A DNA stretch of 29,865 nucleotides, filler included, from an uncultured Rhodopirellula sp. (GCA_964007735.1; 9 parts of 9 records of this genome joined end to end with filler, not necessarily neighbours in it); one strand, 5' to 3'; positions 9,892 to 20,505 are shown, counted from the first letter of the whole stretch. The notes: a model not told the origin generated them from the letters alone. Numbers and translations: made by a program.

Positions 9892-11706
9892 TTAGTACCA
9901 GTTGTGCTGGTACGAGTAAATGATGAAGTACTTGATGTAGTCAATTGTTGGTGGATGGTTCCACGCATCGAGTTCGCGTCGTACGTCATCCGGTGACGGA
10001 ACCAGTTCCGTGCTATTCATCCGGATTTGTTGTGACTTGGCGTCAGCATCAAAGGTAATGAATCGCTCTTTGTCAGCCGTCCATGCCTGCCATTCAATTG
10101 GCATGTCAGCGTCCTTGCGAATTACACCGTCAGGGGAATGCAAAAATGCACGCAGATAAGCTGTCATTGCTCGCACGAGCGATTTTCGCCCCGGATAATT
10201 CCGGTCATTCCATTGGTCCTTCTGCCAACGCATCCACTTCGGTGGCTCCACATCCATCCAATCAAAAAAGAAAGGCAGTTCGAAGCTGTGGGAGGCCCCC
10301 AGAAAAAATCGATGCGATTCCTGGTTGGGATACTTGAGATCGTAGTTTCCCGACCCGTAATCGAATCGAAAGACATAGACGGGAGAGGCCGATTTCGAAT
10401 GAACCATGGCCCTTGCCGGATTCTGGGCACCGTACCAGGTAAACAGACCGGTGGTCATGCGGTTAATAAAGTCCCAGCCTGTCTTGAATTCCGGGACCGA
10501 TTCGAATCTGACGCGTGACTGCCCATCAAGTCCGTCCTCGATGGCTTTGTCGAGTGACACATCCCCCTTCATGGCATTGTCGAATACCGACTTGAAATGG
10601 CCATAATGAAAGTACTTATTCTCGTCGTGATCCGTGCCGATCATGACTGGCTTGGGAAACCAGTTTCCCTCACCGAAATCCACATCCTTCGATACTAAGT
10701 GTCCATCCGCAAATCCGTAGATAAATTCAGGCTTTCCTTTTCTGCGATACTTTGTGGGAATGTTCGGCTGGTCGAAATCGCCCCAGTCCATCGAGCCTTT
10801 GCCGTTTGGACGTCGATAGCCGCGATTGAGTTGTGCCGGTGTTCGACTCCTTAGAAACTCTGCAATGTCACTATCGCTCATGCCGTCCAGTTTTGATCGA
10901 GCGGTATCGTGAGTCTCCGCCATCCCGGCATCTACGAGCATATTGATCATCGCCAGCCGGCTGGCTTTGTCGCCTCGAGAATGCGGAGCCGCAAATGGAT
11001 AGGCACTCGCGAGGAAGGCTTTGTGAAAGTACGGTTCAGCTAGCTCTGAATGTAGCAAAAGGGCAACGTTTGAGGCGCCTGATGACTCGCCTGACAGCGT
11101 GACGTTTGTACGGTCACCACCGAATCCTTCAATATTCTTTTGAACCCACTTAAGAGTATGAACGATGTCTAGCAAGCCAAAATTGCCTGAGTCGTTCAGT
11201 TCATCTCCAGGATCCCCGGTTCGAAGCGAGGGATGTGTGAACCAGCCCAACGCTCCGATTCGATAATTCATCGTCACCACGACGCAGTTCGCATTCATGG
11301 CAACTGCATGCATGACATTGGCCATCCCGTCATACGCAATGTTACCTCCCCCGTGCACATCAACAAGCACGGGGAGCAGACGCTCATTTGTCTGCGGTCT
11401 CCAGACGTTCAGATACAACCGATCCTCAACACCGCCTCGCTCTCGGCTTCCTCGGGCAGGGGTATCACACAGACGAATCCCGTCCCACGGTGCGGGATCT
11501 TCGGGAACTTTCCAACGATGAGGGCCGAATGGCGGACGACCGTAAGGAATCCCTAGCCAGGCCCAGGCATGGTCGTCGACGGATGTCCCACGAACCGCAC
11601 CGGACGTGGTTTGGACTACTAACTCGTTCGCGGCAAAGTCAATCGATCGGGCATTCTGACAGAATACAAGTAGAATGAATAAAGCAAGGAAGCAAACTGT
11701 CTTCAA
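9892..11706 (-). CDS. type-B carboxylesterase (cholinesterase/pNB esterase family), secreted
   Basis: WLGIPY, EDRLYLNVW, HGGG oxyanion hole, NYRIG, GNFGLLD, GESSG nucleophile, GASHSFEL catalytic His; signal peptide. Confidence 0.93.
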   Translation of the reverse strand: MKTVCFLALFILLVFCQNARSIDFAANELVVQTTSGAVRGTSVDDHAWAWLGIPYGRPPFGPHRWKVPEDPAPWDGIRLCDTPARGSRERGGVEDRLYLNVWRPQTNERLLPVLVDVHGGGNIAYDGMANVMHAVAMNANCVVVTMNYRIGALGWFTHPSLRTGDPGDELNDSGNFGLLDIVHTLKWVQKNIEGFGGDRTNVTLSGESSGASNVALLLHSELAEPYFHKAFLASAYPFAAPHSRGDKASRLAMINMLVDAGMAETHDTARSKLDGMSDSDIAEFLRSRTPAQLNRGYRRPNGKGSMDWGDFDQPNIPTKYRRKGKPEFIYGFADGHLVSKDVDFGEGNWFPKPVMIGTDHDENKYFHYGHFKSVFDNAMKGDVSLDKAIEDGLDGQSRVRFESVPEFKTGWDFINRMTTGLFTWYGAQNPARAMVHSKSASPVYVFRFDYGSGNYDLKYPNQESHRFFLGASHSFELPFFFDWMDVEPPKWMRWQKDQWNDRNYPGRKSLVRAMTAYLRAFLHSPDGVIRKDADMPIEWQAWTADKERFITFDADAKSQQIRMNSTELVPSPDDVRRELDAWNHPPTIDYIKYFIIYSYQHNWY

Positions 11707-11860
11707 GATTGACGCCTTAATATATCGGGGGTGTGGTTAGATGACCCATTTTTAGCATGGCTGCATCCCGCATTCAAACGTTTGGCGATACTGCGAAGTA
11801 GACACCATCTTCCGGACTAGTTCCCCCCGAATACCAGCCCCACTCCCAGCTTCATTTTTT

Positions 11861-11937
11861 GCCCTCACACTCCCTCAGGAGAAACGCAGACCCTAAAAAA
11901 AAAAGGTTTAGCCCTCACTGTCCCTCATGACACCTCA
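11861..11937. repeat. imperfect direct repeats GCCCTCACnnTCCCTCA x2 flanking an A10 run
   Basis: GCCCTCACACTCCCTCA at 11861-11877 and GCCCTCACTGTCCCTCA at 11911-11927; partial CACCTCA at the contig end. Confidence 0.7.
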
Positions 11938-12037
11938 NNNNNNNNNNNNNNNNNNNNNNNNNNNNNNNNNNNNNNNNNNNNTTAATTAATTAANNNNNNN
12001 NNNNNNNNNNNNNNNNNNNNNNNNNNNNNNNNNNNNN
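11938..12037. other. artificial contig linker
   Basis: 44 N + TTAATTAATTAA + 44 N. Confidence 0.99.
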
Positions 12038-12039
12038 CT

Positions 12040-12243
12040 AATGCAGGAGGAGCTTGGGATAATGCTAAGAAATACATTGAAAGCGGTGAACTCGGAGGGA
12101 AGGGATCGGAGCCTCACAAAGCTGCAGTGGTAGGTGACACGGTTGGCGACCCATTCAAGGACACTTCAGGACCTGCTATGAATATTCTTATAAAAGTGAT
12201 GACAATAGTTTCACTTGTATTTGCTTCAGCTTTTGTTGGTTAG
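12040..12243 (+). CDS. hppA: membrane-bound H+/Na+-translocating pyrophosphatase, C-terminus (5' truncated; absent from ORF track)
   Basis: Hand translation [14 protein letters not shown]...[27 protein letters not shown] is the conserved mPPase C-terminal signature. Confidence 0.95.
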   Translation, partial: NAGGAWDNAKKYIESGELGGKGSEPHKAAVVGDTVGDPFKDTSGPAMNILIKVMTIVSLVFASAFVG

Positions 12244-12932
12244 CTTTTCTTTGATTCGAAAACAAAATTGTAGATTTTTGGATATTGACCAATGATCAAC
12301 GGCAAACGTCTATAAAACCATACGACTATTAGTAAAGCTGGCGTTGACAGCAGAACTCCCCCTACTACATCTCCAGGCCAGTGATGCAGCCCACTTACTC
12401 TTGTCCATATATTCAGTAAAATAAGAAGTAGCATTACGCACTTAACCACCGTTCCACCTCGCGGCGTAGAGTGCAACTGGGACAGATAGGCGATCATTCC
12501 AAAAATCATTATTGCATAGACAATATGACCACTTGGGTATCCGCCTTCTCCATAAAAAAAGCTCGATTCGTAGAAAACGAAATTTTCATTTGGTCCAGAT
12601 CGTTCAACGATGTCAGAGATTCTAGTTAATCCCGTCATGCACCCAGCTGAAACAATTCCTATCGTTGCATATCTGCCCCAACGCCAATAAACCAATATTG
12701 AAATCGCAATGAACAGCAAAGGGGCTCCGATGTCAGTAATCGGAGCATCAATAATGTCGCCTAACGTGTCGATAAATGCTGGTGTGTTTTCGTACATCCA
12801 TCGACTCAGACCTATTTCCCCCCACAAAATTCCTTTCTTTGAAACTGCAATGGAAAAGACTATGGCGCCCGCAGTGGAAACTATGGTTATCACGTAACCA
12901 ACTCTTGCTACTATATTTTTACTAGCTGTCAT
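12240..12932 (-). CDS. PAP2-family membrane phosphatase
   Basis: YPSGH and [16 protein letters not shown] motifs; several TM helices. Confidence 0.85.
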   Translation of the reverse strand: MTASKNIVARVGYVITIVSTAGAIVFSIAVSKKGILWGEIGLSRWMYENTPAFIDTLGDIIDAPITDIGAPLLFIAISILVYWRWGRYATIGIVSAGCMTGLTRISDIVERSGPNENFVFYESSFFYGEGGYPSGHIVYAIMIFGMIAYLSQLHSTPRGGTVVKCVMLLLILLNIWTRVSGLHHWPGDVVGGVLLSTPALLIVVWFYRRLPLIIGQYPKIYNFVFESKKS

Positions 12933-14025
12933 GAATTTTTATTACGGTTCGAATTCCAGTTGAGTCGCGTAGATCCTTTATTCCTAAATTAATCTCCTCC
13001 AAGGAATAAGTTTGACTAATCATGTTTCTCAAGTCCAGTAAACCGCTCTGCCAGTAGTCGATTAGACGAGGAATATCCACCTGAGCATTGCACGACCCTA
13101 ATAAAGAGCCAAGTAAACGTTTTTCACTCATCATTAAATGCAAAGAGGAGGGAAACTTTAGTTCTTCATCTGGAGGCGGGGCTCCCACTATTACTGTGCT
13201 TCCACCTGGCTTGCTTACAGTTAGACCAAGCGTAATCAATTCGGAGTTACCCACAGCATCAAAAGCGTAGTCAACTCCTTTTCCAAGAGTTAGTTCCATT
13301 ACAGCGTTAATAAGATCGTTATCAATTGGGTCTATAATCTCAGTTGCTCCCAATTTGAGAGCTGCGGCCCTTCTCTCTTGAACGGGGTCCGATGCGATTA
13401 TCCTTTCAGCTTTGGCAATACGTGCTCCTTGGACAACCGATAACCCTACACCGCCCAAACCCATGACGAGTACGCTTGAACCAGGAGTTACTTTTGCGGT
13501 GTTCAGAACAGAACCAACGCCCGTCTGCACTCCGCAACCTATCAAGCAAACAGTTTCTAAAGGGATGCCTTTTTCGATACGTACGATATTTCTCTCTTCT
13601 AAAACTGTGTACTCGGCGAAACCGCCTACCCCTAGTCCTTGATACACGGGAGACTTATCTTTCGTAAATGGTGTGCTTCCGTCCGGTAGCGTTCCGAACA
13701 CAAACGTTTGTCCCCTTTCGCAAAGTGTGTGCCTCTCCAGGGTGCACATTTCACAATTCCCGCATGGGCCTATCGGGGTCATTAACACAAAGTCGCCCTT
13801 AGCAACTGACCTAACACCGTCTCCTATTTCTTCGACCACCCCGGCAGCTTCGTGTCCTAAAATCATCGGAGTTAGATCCAATGAGTCCATTACACTTACA
13901 TCCGAATGACAGATTCCGCAATACTCTGTTCTAATTAACACTTGACCTTTTTTAGGCGAAATGAACTCAACATCATTTACAACAGACAATGGCTTCCCAA
14001 TCTCTGTGTGCAAGGCAGCCCTCAT
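12922..14025 (-). CDS. Zn-dependent alcohol dehydrogenase (class III-like MDR)
   Basis: CGICHSD, GHEAAG, CGNCEMC...C structural Zn site, GCGVQTG, GLGGVG. Confidence 0.93.
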   Translation of the reverse strand: MRAALHTEIGKPLSVVNDVEFISPKKGQVLIRTEYCGICHSDVSVMDSLDLTPMILGHEAAGVVEEIGDGVRSVAKGDFVLMTPIGPCGNCEMCTLERHTLCERGQTFVFGTLPDGSTPFTKDKSPVYQGLGVGGFAEYTVLEERNIVRIEKGIPLETVCLIGCGVQTGVGSVLNTAKVTPGSSVLVMGLGGVGLSVVQGARIAKAERIIASDPVQERRAAALKLGATEIIDPIDNDLINAVMELTLGKGVDYAFDAVGNSELITLGLTVSKPGGSTVIVGAPPPDEELKFPSSLHLMMSEKRLLGSLLGSCNAQVDIPRLIDYWQSGLLDLRNMISQTYSLEEINLGIKDLRDSTGIRTVIKIHDS

Positions 14026-14029
14026 GAAA

Positions 14030-14776
14030 TTATTTCCATCCCGAGGTGGCGCCTCGCGTCATCCCGAAAGGACCTGAAGGCCACCGGAAACAATCAGTCA
14101 TCAACTGATCCACCTGCTCGCGATCAGCAATTCCCTCTTCAACTACAGCAGACGCTTCTTTAACCATCGCAAAATAAACGCGATTCGTCACATACCCCCA
14201 ATTGGAATCACTGTCGTTAATAACAATCGGATTCTTACCAGCTGATTTCGCGAGAGAAAGAACAGTTTCTACTGTTTCCACTGAAGTCTCTCTACCTTTT
14301 ACTATCTCAGCCAACTTCATTACCGGTGCAGGTGAGGCCCAATGCCATCCAATAAACCGATCCGGCCTTTCAGTTGCCGCAGCCATTGCTGAGATCGGGA
14401 ATCCGCTCGAATTTGAAGCAAAAATCATTTTCTTGGGCGCCGTTTTATCAAGTTCCTTCCAAAAGGAAACTTTGAGTTCGAGTCTTTCTGGAATAGCTTC
14501 TATGACTAAGTCAGCCTCATTTAACGCGTATGCATCTGTTGTAAAATGTATTCTCTCCAGTGAGTTTTCGGCCTCTTCTTCACTTATTTTTCCTCTCTCA
14601 ACAGCACTTTTAACTCCGAAACGCCCAGTATCAATATTTTTTGAAGCGGCTTTTAACACTCCCTCATCTATGTCGTGGCAGGTCACTTCACAACCGGATA
14701 GAGCCATCACCTGAGCAATTCCTGAACCCATTACACCTGCTCCAGCAACGCCAATTTTAAAACTTTTATTACTCAT
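14030..14776 (-). CDS. 3-hydroxyacyl-CoA dehydrogenase family protein
   Basis: GAGVMGSGIA Rossmann motif, ADLVIEAIPE, ASNSS, HWASPAPVMKLAE, GYVTNR. Confidence 0.9.
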   Translation of the reverse strand: MSNKSFKIGVAGAGVMGSGIAQVMALSGCEVTCHDIDEGVLKAASKNIDTGRFGVKSAVERGKISEEEAENSLERIHFTTDAYALNEADLVIEAIPERLELKVSFWKELDKTAPKKMIFASNSSGFPISAMAAATERPDRFIGWHWASPAPVMKLAEIVKGRETSVETVETVLSLAKSAGKNPIVINDSDSNWGYVTNRVYFAMVKEASAVVEEGIADREQVDQLMTDCFRWPSGPFGMTRGATSGWK

Positions 14777-14783
14777 CTGTTCT

Positions 14784-15354
14784 TCACCTTTTTGGCAATA
14801 CGATCATTGGGTCTTTTGCTTCCCCGCCTGTTCTAACTTCAAAGTGAAGATGGTTGCCCGTTGAACGGCCTGTTGTTCCACACTTCCCAATCAAGTCACC
14901 TGTGGCTACTTCCATCCCAGCGGAAACAAGGAGTTCGTTTAAATGGGCATAAAGAGTCAGAACTGGCCCATCATGTTCGAGTATTACTGTTTTGCCATAC
15001 AAACTTTTTGTTCCCGCAAATAACACTTTGGCTGTTTTCGCCGCCCAAATTGGTTGGTTCTTAACACAGTCAAAATCAACACCATTGTGCATTCGTTTAA
15101 CCCCCAAGATCGGGTGAATTCTCATTCCGAACGGTGAAGTAACTTTGCTACTCCCATCAATTGGTAAAATAAACCCTTGACCCGACTCTTTTGTTAGGTC
15201 GGGCGCTGACTTTCGCAACTCTTCTGCGATCAAATTGTCAATAAGTATTGCCATTAAGTATTGCTCGCGTTTCCACTCGGCTACATCAGCCTCAGCTAGT
15301 TCGATCCGCTCTTGTACCTCGTCTCGAGTCCTCTCTCTTTCTGTAATTCGACTA
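14784..15354 (-). CDS. M23-family peptidoglycan metallopeptidase with N-terminal coiled coil (5' truncated)
   Basis: HNGVD (HxxxD), YAHL, STGNHLHFEVR (HxH); frame stays open upstream of 15254 (SRITERERTRDEVQERIELAEADV). Confidence 0.92.
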
Positions 15355-15454
15355 NNNNNNNNNNNNNNNNNNNNNNNNNNNNNNNNNNNNNNNNNNNNTT
15401 AATTAATTAANNNNNNNNNNNNNNNNNNNNNNNNNNNNNNNNNNNNNNNNNNNN
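15355..15454. other. artificial contig linker
   Basis: 44 N + TTAATTAATTAA + 44 N. Confidence 0.99.
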
Positions 15455-15501
15455 GGTGATCAGGTCAAACTGATCCGCGGGTTCAAATCCCGCTCTCTCC
15501 G
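15455..15501 (+). tRNA. tRNA-Ser, 3' part (anticodon outside the contig)
   Basis: Long variable arm GATCAG-GTCAAA-CTGATC, T-arm GCGGG-TTCAAAT-CCCGC, acceptor strand TCTCTCC plus discriminator G; CCA not encoded. Confidence 0.8.
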
Positions 15502-15506
15502 CTTAG

Positions 15507-15539
15507 AGCCCGTGTGACGTAGGTCATGACGGGCTTTTT
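15507..15539 (+). terminator. intrinsic terminator after tRNA-Ser
   Basis: AGCCCGT-GTGAC-GTAG-GTCAT-G-ACGGGCT stem-loop followed by a T-run. Confidence 0.75.
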
Positions 15540-15612
15540 CGTTTAACAAGCTTAGGTAAGTTGACGAAAATATAGATACGAGATGCCGTTGGCATCGTTT
15601 TCGTTAACACGG

Positions 15613-18460
15613 TTACCGAGAACTTGCAGGTTGTATTGGTAGTTCACAGAACGTTAACGCCGCGATACCGTTAGTACCGCGGACGATGGCGTCCTCAGGC
15701 CTCCATTTACCACCTTTAAGGTAAGACAGTGTTTTTGCCGTGGTGGGAGTAGTTAGTTTTAAAAATATCGTCTTCGACGTTCCCTTGTCGGCTGTCAGAT
15801 CCAATTCATCGCCATCAAGATAAAATCGCTGGGCAATATCTCCCTCCCAAGTCACCTCCTGATCGAATGTTAGTCGAATTTCGTCTCTTCGCTCACTAAT
15901 GTATTCGACACTTTGAATATTCGGCGGGGTGATAGAACGCTTAGAGTCCTCAGAGTAGTTGTATTTATTTACAAGAGGGAAAATCTGTTTCGCCATCGCC
16001 GTATAACCCTCTGGTAAATAGTGGCAACCTCCGCCTGGCCGAATGCCGAGTGTCGACATAATACTCATATTTGAGAATTGCTCAGGTAACCGGCGCTGTA
16101 CCTCCCGCAATCTGTCGTTCTCTATAGAACGGGCACCGCAAGCTCCTGGCCATATCTGATGAATGTAATAATGTTTGATGTTCGGATAGTCCTGCTTCCA
16201 TGCACCCGTCATCCGCACAAAGTAATCCTGATAATTCACCCACCCAAACGTTCCTGTCGCTCCGGCGGCTCCCTGATCATTTTCTCCCTGATGCCAAAGC
16301 ACGGCGCGCACTCCGTGTGTCAATCTGGACTGTTGCAATCGCCATAAGAGCCTGCCGTAGATTGTATTCACATCGGTCGGATTCGCCTCATTGCGCTGGT
16401 GCTGATCGATACGAGTTCCGCCCTGTGCACCATTGAGAATACAAATAGGAATACGGTGCCTTTCTATGAGTAATCTTCCAAGCTCCACTCCCCAATAACC
16501 AATTTGGAGATGATGGTGATTTTCGCCGCCGTTAAACGATAAGGCGTTACCCCACACCGTATCACGTGCCCGCTGTTTATTCGTACTTGGAGTACCAAAG
16601 CTTCGCAGCCATTGGCTTTGGTACGGGTGAAGCACTCGCTGGTCAGTCCATGCTTCGGCATTAGACTGACCCTGAATAATATAGGCGTCTCCGCAAACGA
16701 GATCGTTAGCAGTATGCAGTACAGTGTCGGTGCCATCCCGTGTTACCCCGAATTCAGTACGATAAACGACCAGTCCCGCCTTTAAGGTTGTCGACAAGGC
16801 ATACTTTTTATCGCTCGTGATTTTCTGCCGTTCGGTAGCCACCAGTTTGTTGCCAAGATACAGTTTTAGGAACGCGGAATCAGTTGCCGCGGCCAATGTC
16901 CCGCGATAATGGAGTGTTCCAACGTTACTGTCGTTGCGAGCATAGAATTGGTGATCGACAGGTTTCTCGTCACCCAAAACAACTCTTTCGACCCATCCGT
17001 CCGTTTCCGGTTCTGTGACCTTGATCTTAGCTGACTTTGCGATTGCAGTTCCGCCGTTGTCTAGCGAAAGGTCAACAGTCAGGACGCCGCTATTCTGGGC
17101 CCGCTTGAGGACGAGTTGCCCCGCTTTGGTTTCGCTGATTGTTGCCATCCCGGAAACAGTCCAGGAATAATTAAGTTCACCACTATCTGGTGAAATTATG
17201 CCTGCGAGAGTTTTGATAGATGGTGAAATTACTAATTCATCCCGTCCGTTCCATGTATTGGGGACGCTAAGTGTATAAACAGGGTTTGGCAGGCTTTCCT
17301 GTATGGTGAAACGGATGTTTTTTGATTTTAAACCGGAGTCGAACAACGCCCTGACCTGCAATGTAACTTCCTTACTGCCATCCACACGTCCAGAATTAAA
17401 TTGATACTCGAAACGATCGACAGCTAGTATTGTTTCTGTGTCACCGTCTATCAGCACCCAGTAAATCTTCCTGGCGCCTCCGGCTTCTATAGAAAGGTCG
17501 ATCGTCCTTGCTTCTTCCAGATTTATGTTTGTGTGCGATACAGAGAAGTTGTTATTTTCCTGAACTAAGGGCCCCACTAATGTCTGCAGTGGCTTTTGGT
17601 TTTCGAAACAGAGCGTCATCCAGTCTTCGGAGCGTGCGGTGGATTCAAATCGGACCTCATCAAGGATGCCATTAAAAGGCCCACGCCCGTTTCCATGGTC
17701 GCCAAGATCGACGGGCGTTGATACAGGAGTGTTTAGCGTCCCGAGTTGGTTAACGAGTGCACCGCTGTTGTTGATAGTATTTTGCAACACGCCATCAATG
17801 TAAAAGCGAACCATATTGTCCGAAACGCTGAGTGCAACATGCCGCCATTCACCCCGGGAAAGCGGACTCTCGCAGCGGGGGTCAAATCCATAGAGATGGA
17901 ATCTGGGCTGACCGACACCGGTCATGGTCATGTAAGATAATCCCATGTTCGGCTTCACGCCACGTTCTGGTTCTCCCCAACCGCCGATGCTGGCAGAGGC
18001 CCAATTAAGACCTTCGAAGCTTGTAGGTTTAACCCAGGCGGACATCGTTCGGTCTGCATTGCCTGAAGGCATGCAGGTTACTCGACGATCCGTGCCGGCT
18101 CCAGGTGGGCGGATGACGAGAAGTTTGTTGGCTCCAAAATCCTGAGCGTTGCCAATGATTCCTCTGCTGTTTGTAGTCGGCTTATCGGGTTTGTTGAACC
18201 CGTCTAGATTATTTGAGGTGGCGTCTTCGAGGGTGTCATTGAGATGCCATACAGCTGCAAAACCCTCTGAAACTTTAAACACGCTTTCACTATTGCCCTC
18301 ACTGGGAACTTTTGCATTGCCCCAGTGCATTTTAATCAACTGCTGATCATCACCTTTGATAACGGGGATTCGCACCCAGATGTGTGCGGTGCCCTCCTTC
18401 GAATTCCATTGTTCGATTTGGTAGGCCAGCGGTGCGCCGCCGGCAGAAAAGCGAATATCA
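15613..18460 (-). CDS. DUF2341 + LamG/concanavalin-like + SGNH sialate O-acetylesterase-like (SASA) multidomain protein (5' truncated)
   Basis: Open to the contig edge: DIRFS...LAYQIEQW...AHIWVRIP (DUF2341); WRHVA...FYIDG...GILDEVR (LamG); GDAYIIQGQSNA, LWHQGEND, GGCHY (SASA). Confidence 0.85.
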
Positions 18461-18560
18461 NNNNNNNNNNNNNNNNNNNNNNNNNNNNNNNNNNNNNNNN
18501 NNNNTTAATTAATTAANNNNNNNNNNNNNNNNNNNNNNNNNNNNNNNNNNNNNNNNNNNN
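18461..18560. other. artificial contig linker
   Basis: 44 N + TTAATTAATTAA + 44 N. Confidence 0.99.
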
Positions 18561-18839
18561 GAGACCTTCGATTACGGTGAATAATTCACGGACGTTTTGG
18601 AGCGGTTGCAATAGTTCCGGAAGCCTGTAGTTCGATGCGGTGGTTGTGGGAAAAAATGCAGGCGCGTGCATCCCGTACTCCGTCCCGACGCATACCAGTC
18701 TTTTTGGGGGCTTGGAGGATTGTGCGGCGAGTTGGTTTATGGACGGGAAGAACGGTAGCGTGGAGCAGAGCCCGAGTCGTTGGATAAACTGTCGCCGTTG
18801 TTGTCGGTGCCGGCTGTTGGAGTTGTGTTGGTTCTGCAT
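18561..18839 (-). CDS. DUF1552 (HXXSHH) family protein, N-terminal part (3' truncated)
   Basis: Twin-arginine-like RRQFI leader, LPFFPS, PPKRLVCVGTEYGM...FFP...LLQPL...TVIEGL. Confidence 0.85.
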
Positions 18840-18874
18840 GGAACCGGGATAGGCTGGTGGTTTGAAGAGGTGAT

Positions 18875-19298
18875 GTTTTGATAGCCGTTGCTATTTTAAC
18901 AGCGGAAGTGAAAAGAGGCCAGTTTGCACTTATACCGGGATCATTACTTCCATTGCCGGCACGGCCAATGTTGATTTCGCCAAGGCCAAGACGCTTGGTT
19001 ATGAAACTAAGTAAAGCCAAAACATGATAACCCCTGAGAATATAGCCAACGCTTCAAGAGAACACCCAAGACACCCTAAGCCCTTATCATCCTCTTCTCC
19101 TATTACCAATTGTTGATTATCGCTTGGCTCTTTCTCGTTTACTGGTTCATAAAGCATGAAGCTAACCTCCAAAACACTGAGACGATTAAACCTGGGTTTG
19201 GCACCTTTTCTGGCTCTAGCCCATTCATTTGTTACTGCTTCTTGTATTTGTTGATGAAGGTGTTGAAGGGCTTCTGAGTACCTTAAGTTTTCGATCTG
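18875..19298 (-). pseudogene. decayed membrane-protein gene, or small 52-aa ORF (19157-18999)
   Basis: Frame QIENLRYSEALQ...FMLYEPVNEKE...GLGCLGCSLEALAIFSGVIMFWLYLVS*. GGAGG precedes ATG 19157. A frameshift at the T-run near 19020 would continue LALLSFITKRLGLG...WPLFTSAVKIATAI. Confidence 0.4.
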
Positions 19299-19341
19299 CT
19301 ACAGCTTTTGGCCAGTTCTTGAGTGATGGAATTTAAGCCGT

Positions 19342-20469
19342 TCAAGGAGATACGTTTTCTTGACCGGCCTTGATCCGAATCGAGACCAATTCGTGTGAGA
19401 AAACCCGCTGGCCTTTGTGAAACACTTCCATTGTCTGTTCAGTTTTATCGTCGCCAACACGGCGGCTAACGGTGACAGTTTTGTTGTCTGACGGGGACGT
19501 GGTCGGAAAGAAATAGCTGGAGGTGGTGCGTGTAGAGGGATCGTACCGCTCGTATGAAATTGTCTCCGGGTTTTCACCCCATTTTGCACGGTAAACAAAA
19601 AGATTTTCGACCGCATTGAATGTCTGGAGGCCGCGGTAGGTCACCGGTTGGCCATTTTCTAACAGATCGAACTGATACTCTAACGATTTCCCTTTTTCCT
19701 TCCAGCGAACTGTCTTGGTCATTTTAACTAGTTGGGGTTCTCCATTTTCGGACATGCGTTGTCCCGTAATGCTCCACTCGCCGATTTCCCAAGCCATGAT
19801 TTCGGCAGCTTGCTCGTTTGTAAGTCCCACAGCCATGTCGTTAGTTTTGTCCTCGCCCCGACTTTTGTCGCTGCTATTTTTATCAGCGGGAAGATCTCCA
19901 GTCTCTTCGGTGTTAACCAAGCGTGTTACAATCATTTCGCGAGAAAAGACAACCTTATCATCCAACTCGAATATACTTTTGATCAGCATTTTGTCCTTAC
20001 TGACCAGCTGGCACTTCTTGGTTTCCTTAGCCCCGTCGGGGTGAATATATGTCCCCCGATAGGTCTTGGTTGCCGGATCGTAATGGTCCCGGCCTGAAGT
20101 CACAGGAAACCCTTCGCCCTTGGTACGCCATATGAACACGCCCTCCTGGGGATCGTATTCTCTCTGCGTGACAAAGGGCACTCTCTTCCCATTGATTAAT
20201 GGACTAACAGTGAACTCGATAGATTTCCCCTTTACCCTCCAACGAGCCTCCAATATGTCGTCAAAAGGCTCCACGTCGCCGCCCACGGGGATGTTCTTCC
20301 CTGTAATTTTCCAACGCCCGACCTCATTCGCGAAAAGGCTTGCCGCTTCCTCGGCAGTTAGTAAAGTCTTTTCCCCCCCAGAGTTTTGTTGCGACTTTGG
20401 ATTTTCATTTTCTGAGCGGATGCCACACCCAGCCAGCACTAGCACAATCAGTATTAGAAATCGTTTCAT
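19342..20469 (-). CDS. lipoprotein with two tandem ~150-aa beta-rich domains (DUF1579-like)
   Basis: MKRFLILIVLVLAG-C lipobox; repeats LTAEEAASLFANEVGRWKITG / LTNEQAAEIMAWEIGEWSITG and WRVKGKSIEF / WKEKGKSLEY. Alternative start 20481. Confidence 0.8.
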   Translation of the reverse strand: MKRFLILIVLVLAGCGIRSENENPKSQQNSGGEKTLLTAEEAASLFANEVGRWKITGKNIPVGGDVEPFDDILEARWRVKGKSIEFTVSPLINGKRVPFVTQREYDPQEGVFIWRTKGEGFPVTSGRDHYDPATKTYRGTYIHPDGAKETKKCQLVSKDKMLIKSIFELDDKVVFSREMIVTRLVNTEETGDLPADKNSSDKSRGEDKTNDMAVGLTNEQAAEIMAWEIGEWSITGQRMSENGEPQLVKMTKTVRWKEKGKSLEYQFDLLENGQPVTYRGLQTFNAVENLFVYRAKWGENPETISYERYDPSTRTTSSYFFPTTSPSDNKTVTVSRRVGDDKTEQTMEVFHKGQRVFSHELVSIRIKAGQENVSP

Positions 20470-20505
20470 CTTGCCATCCATTTTCTTGATGTAAGTCTCT
20501 ACTCA

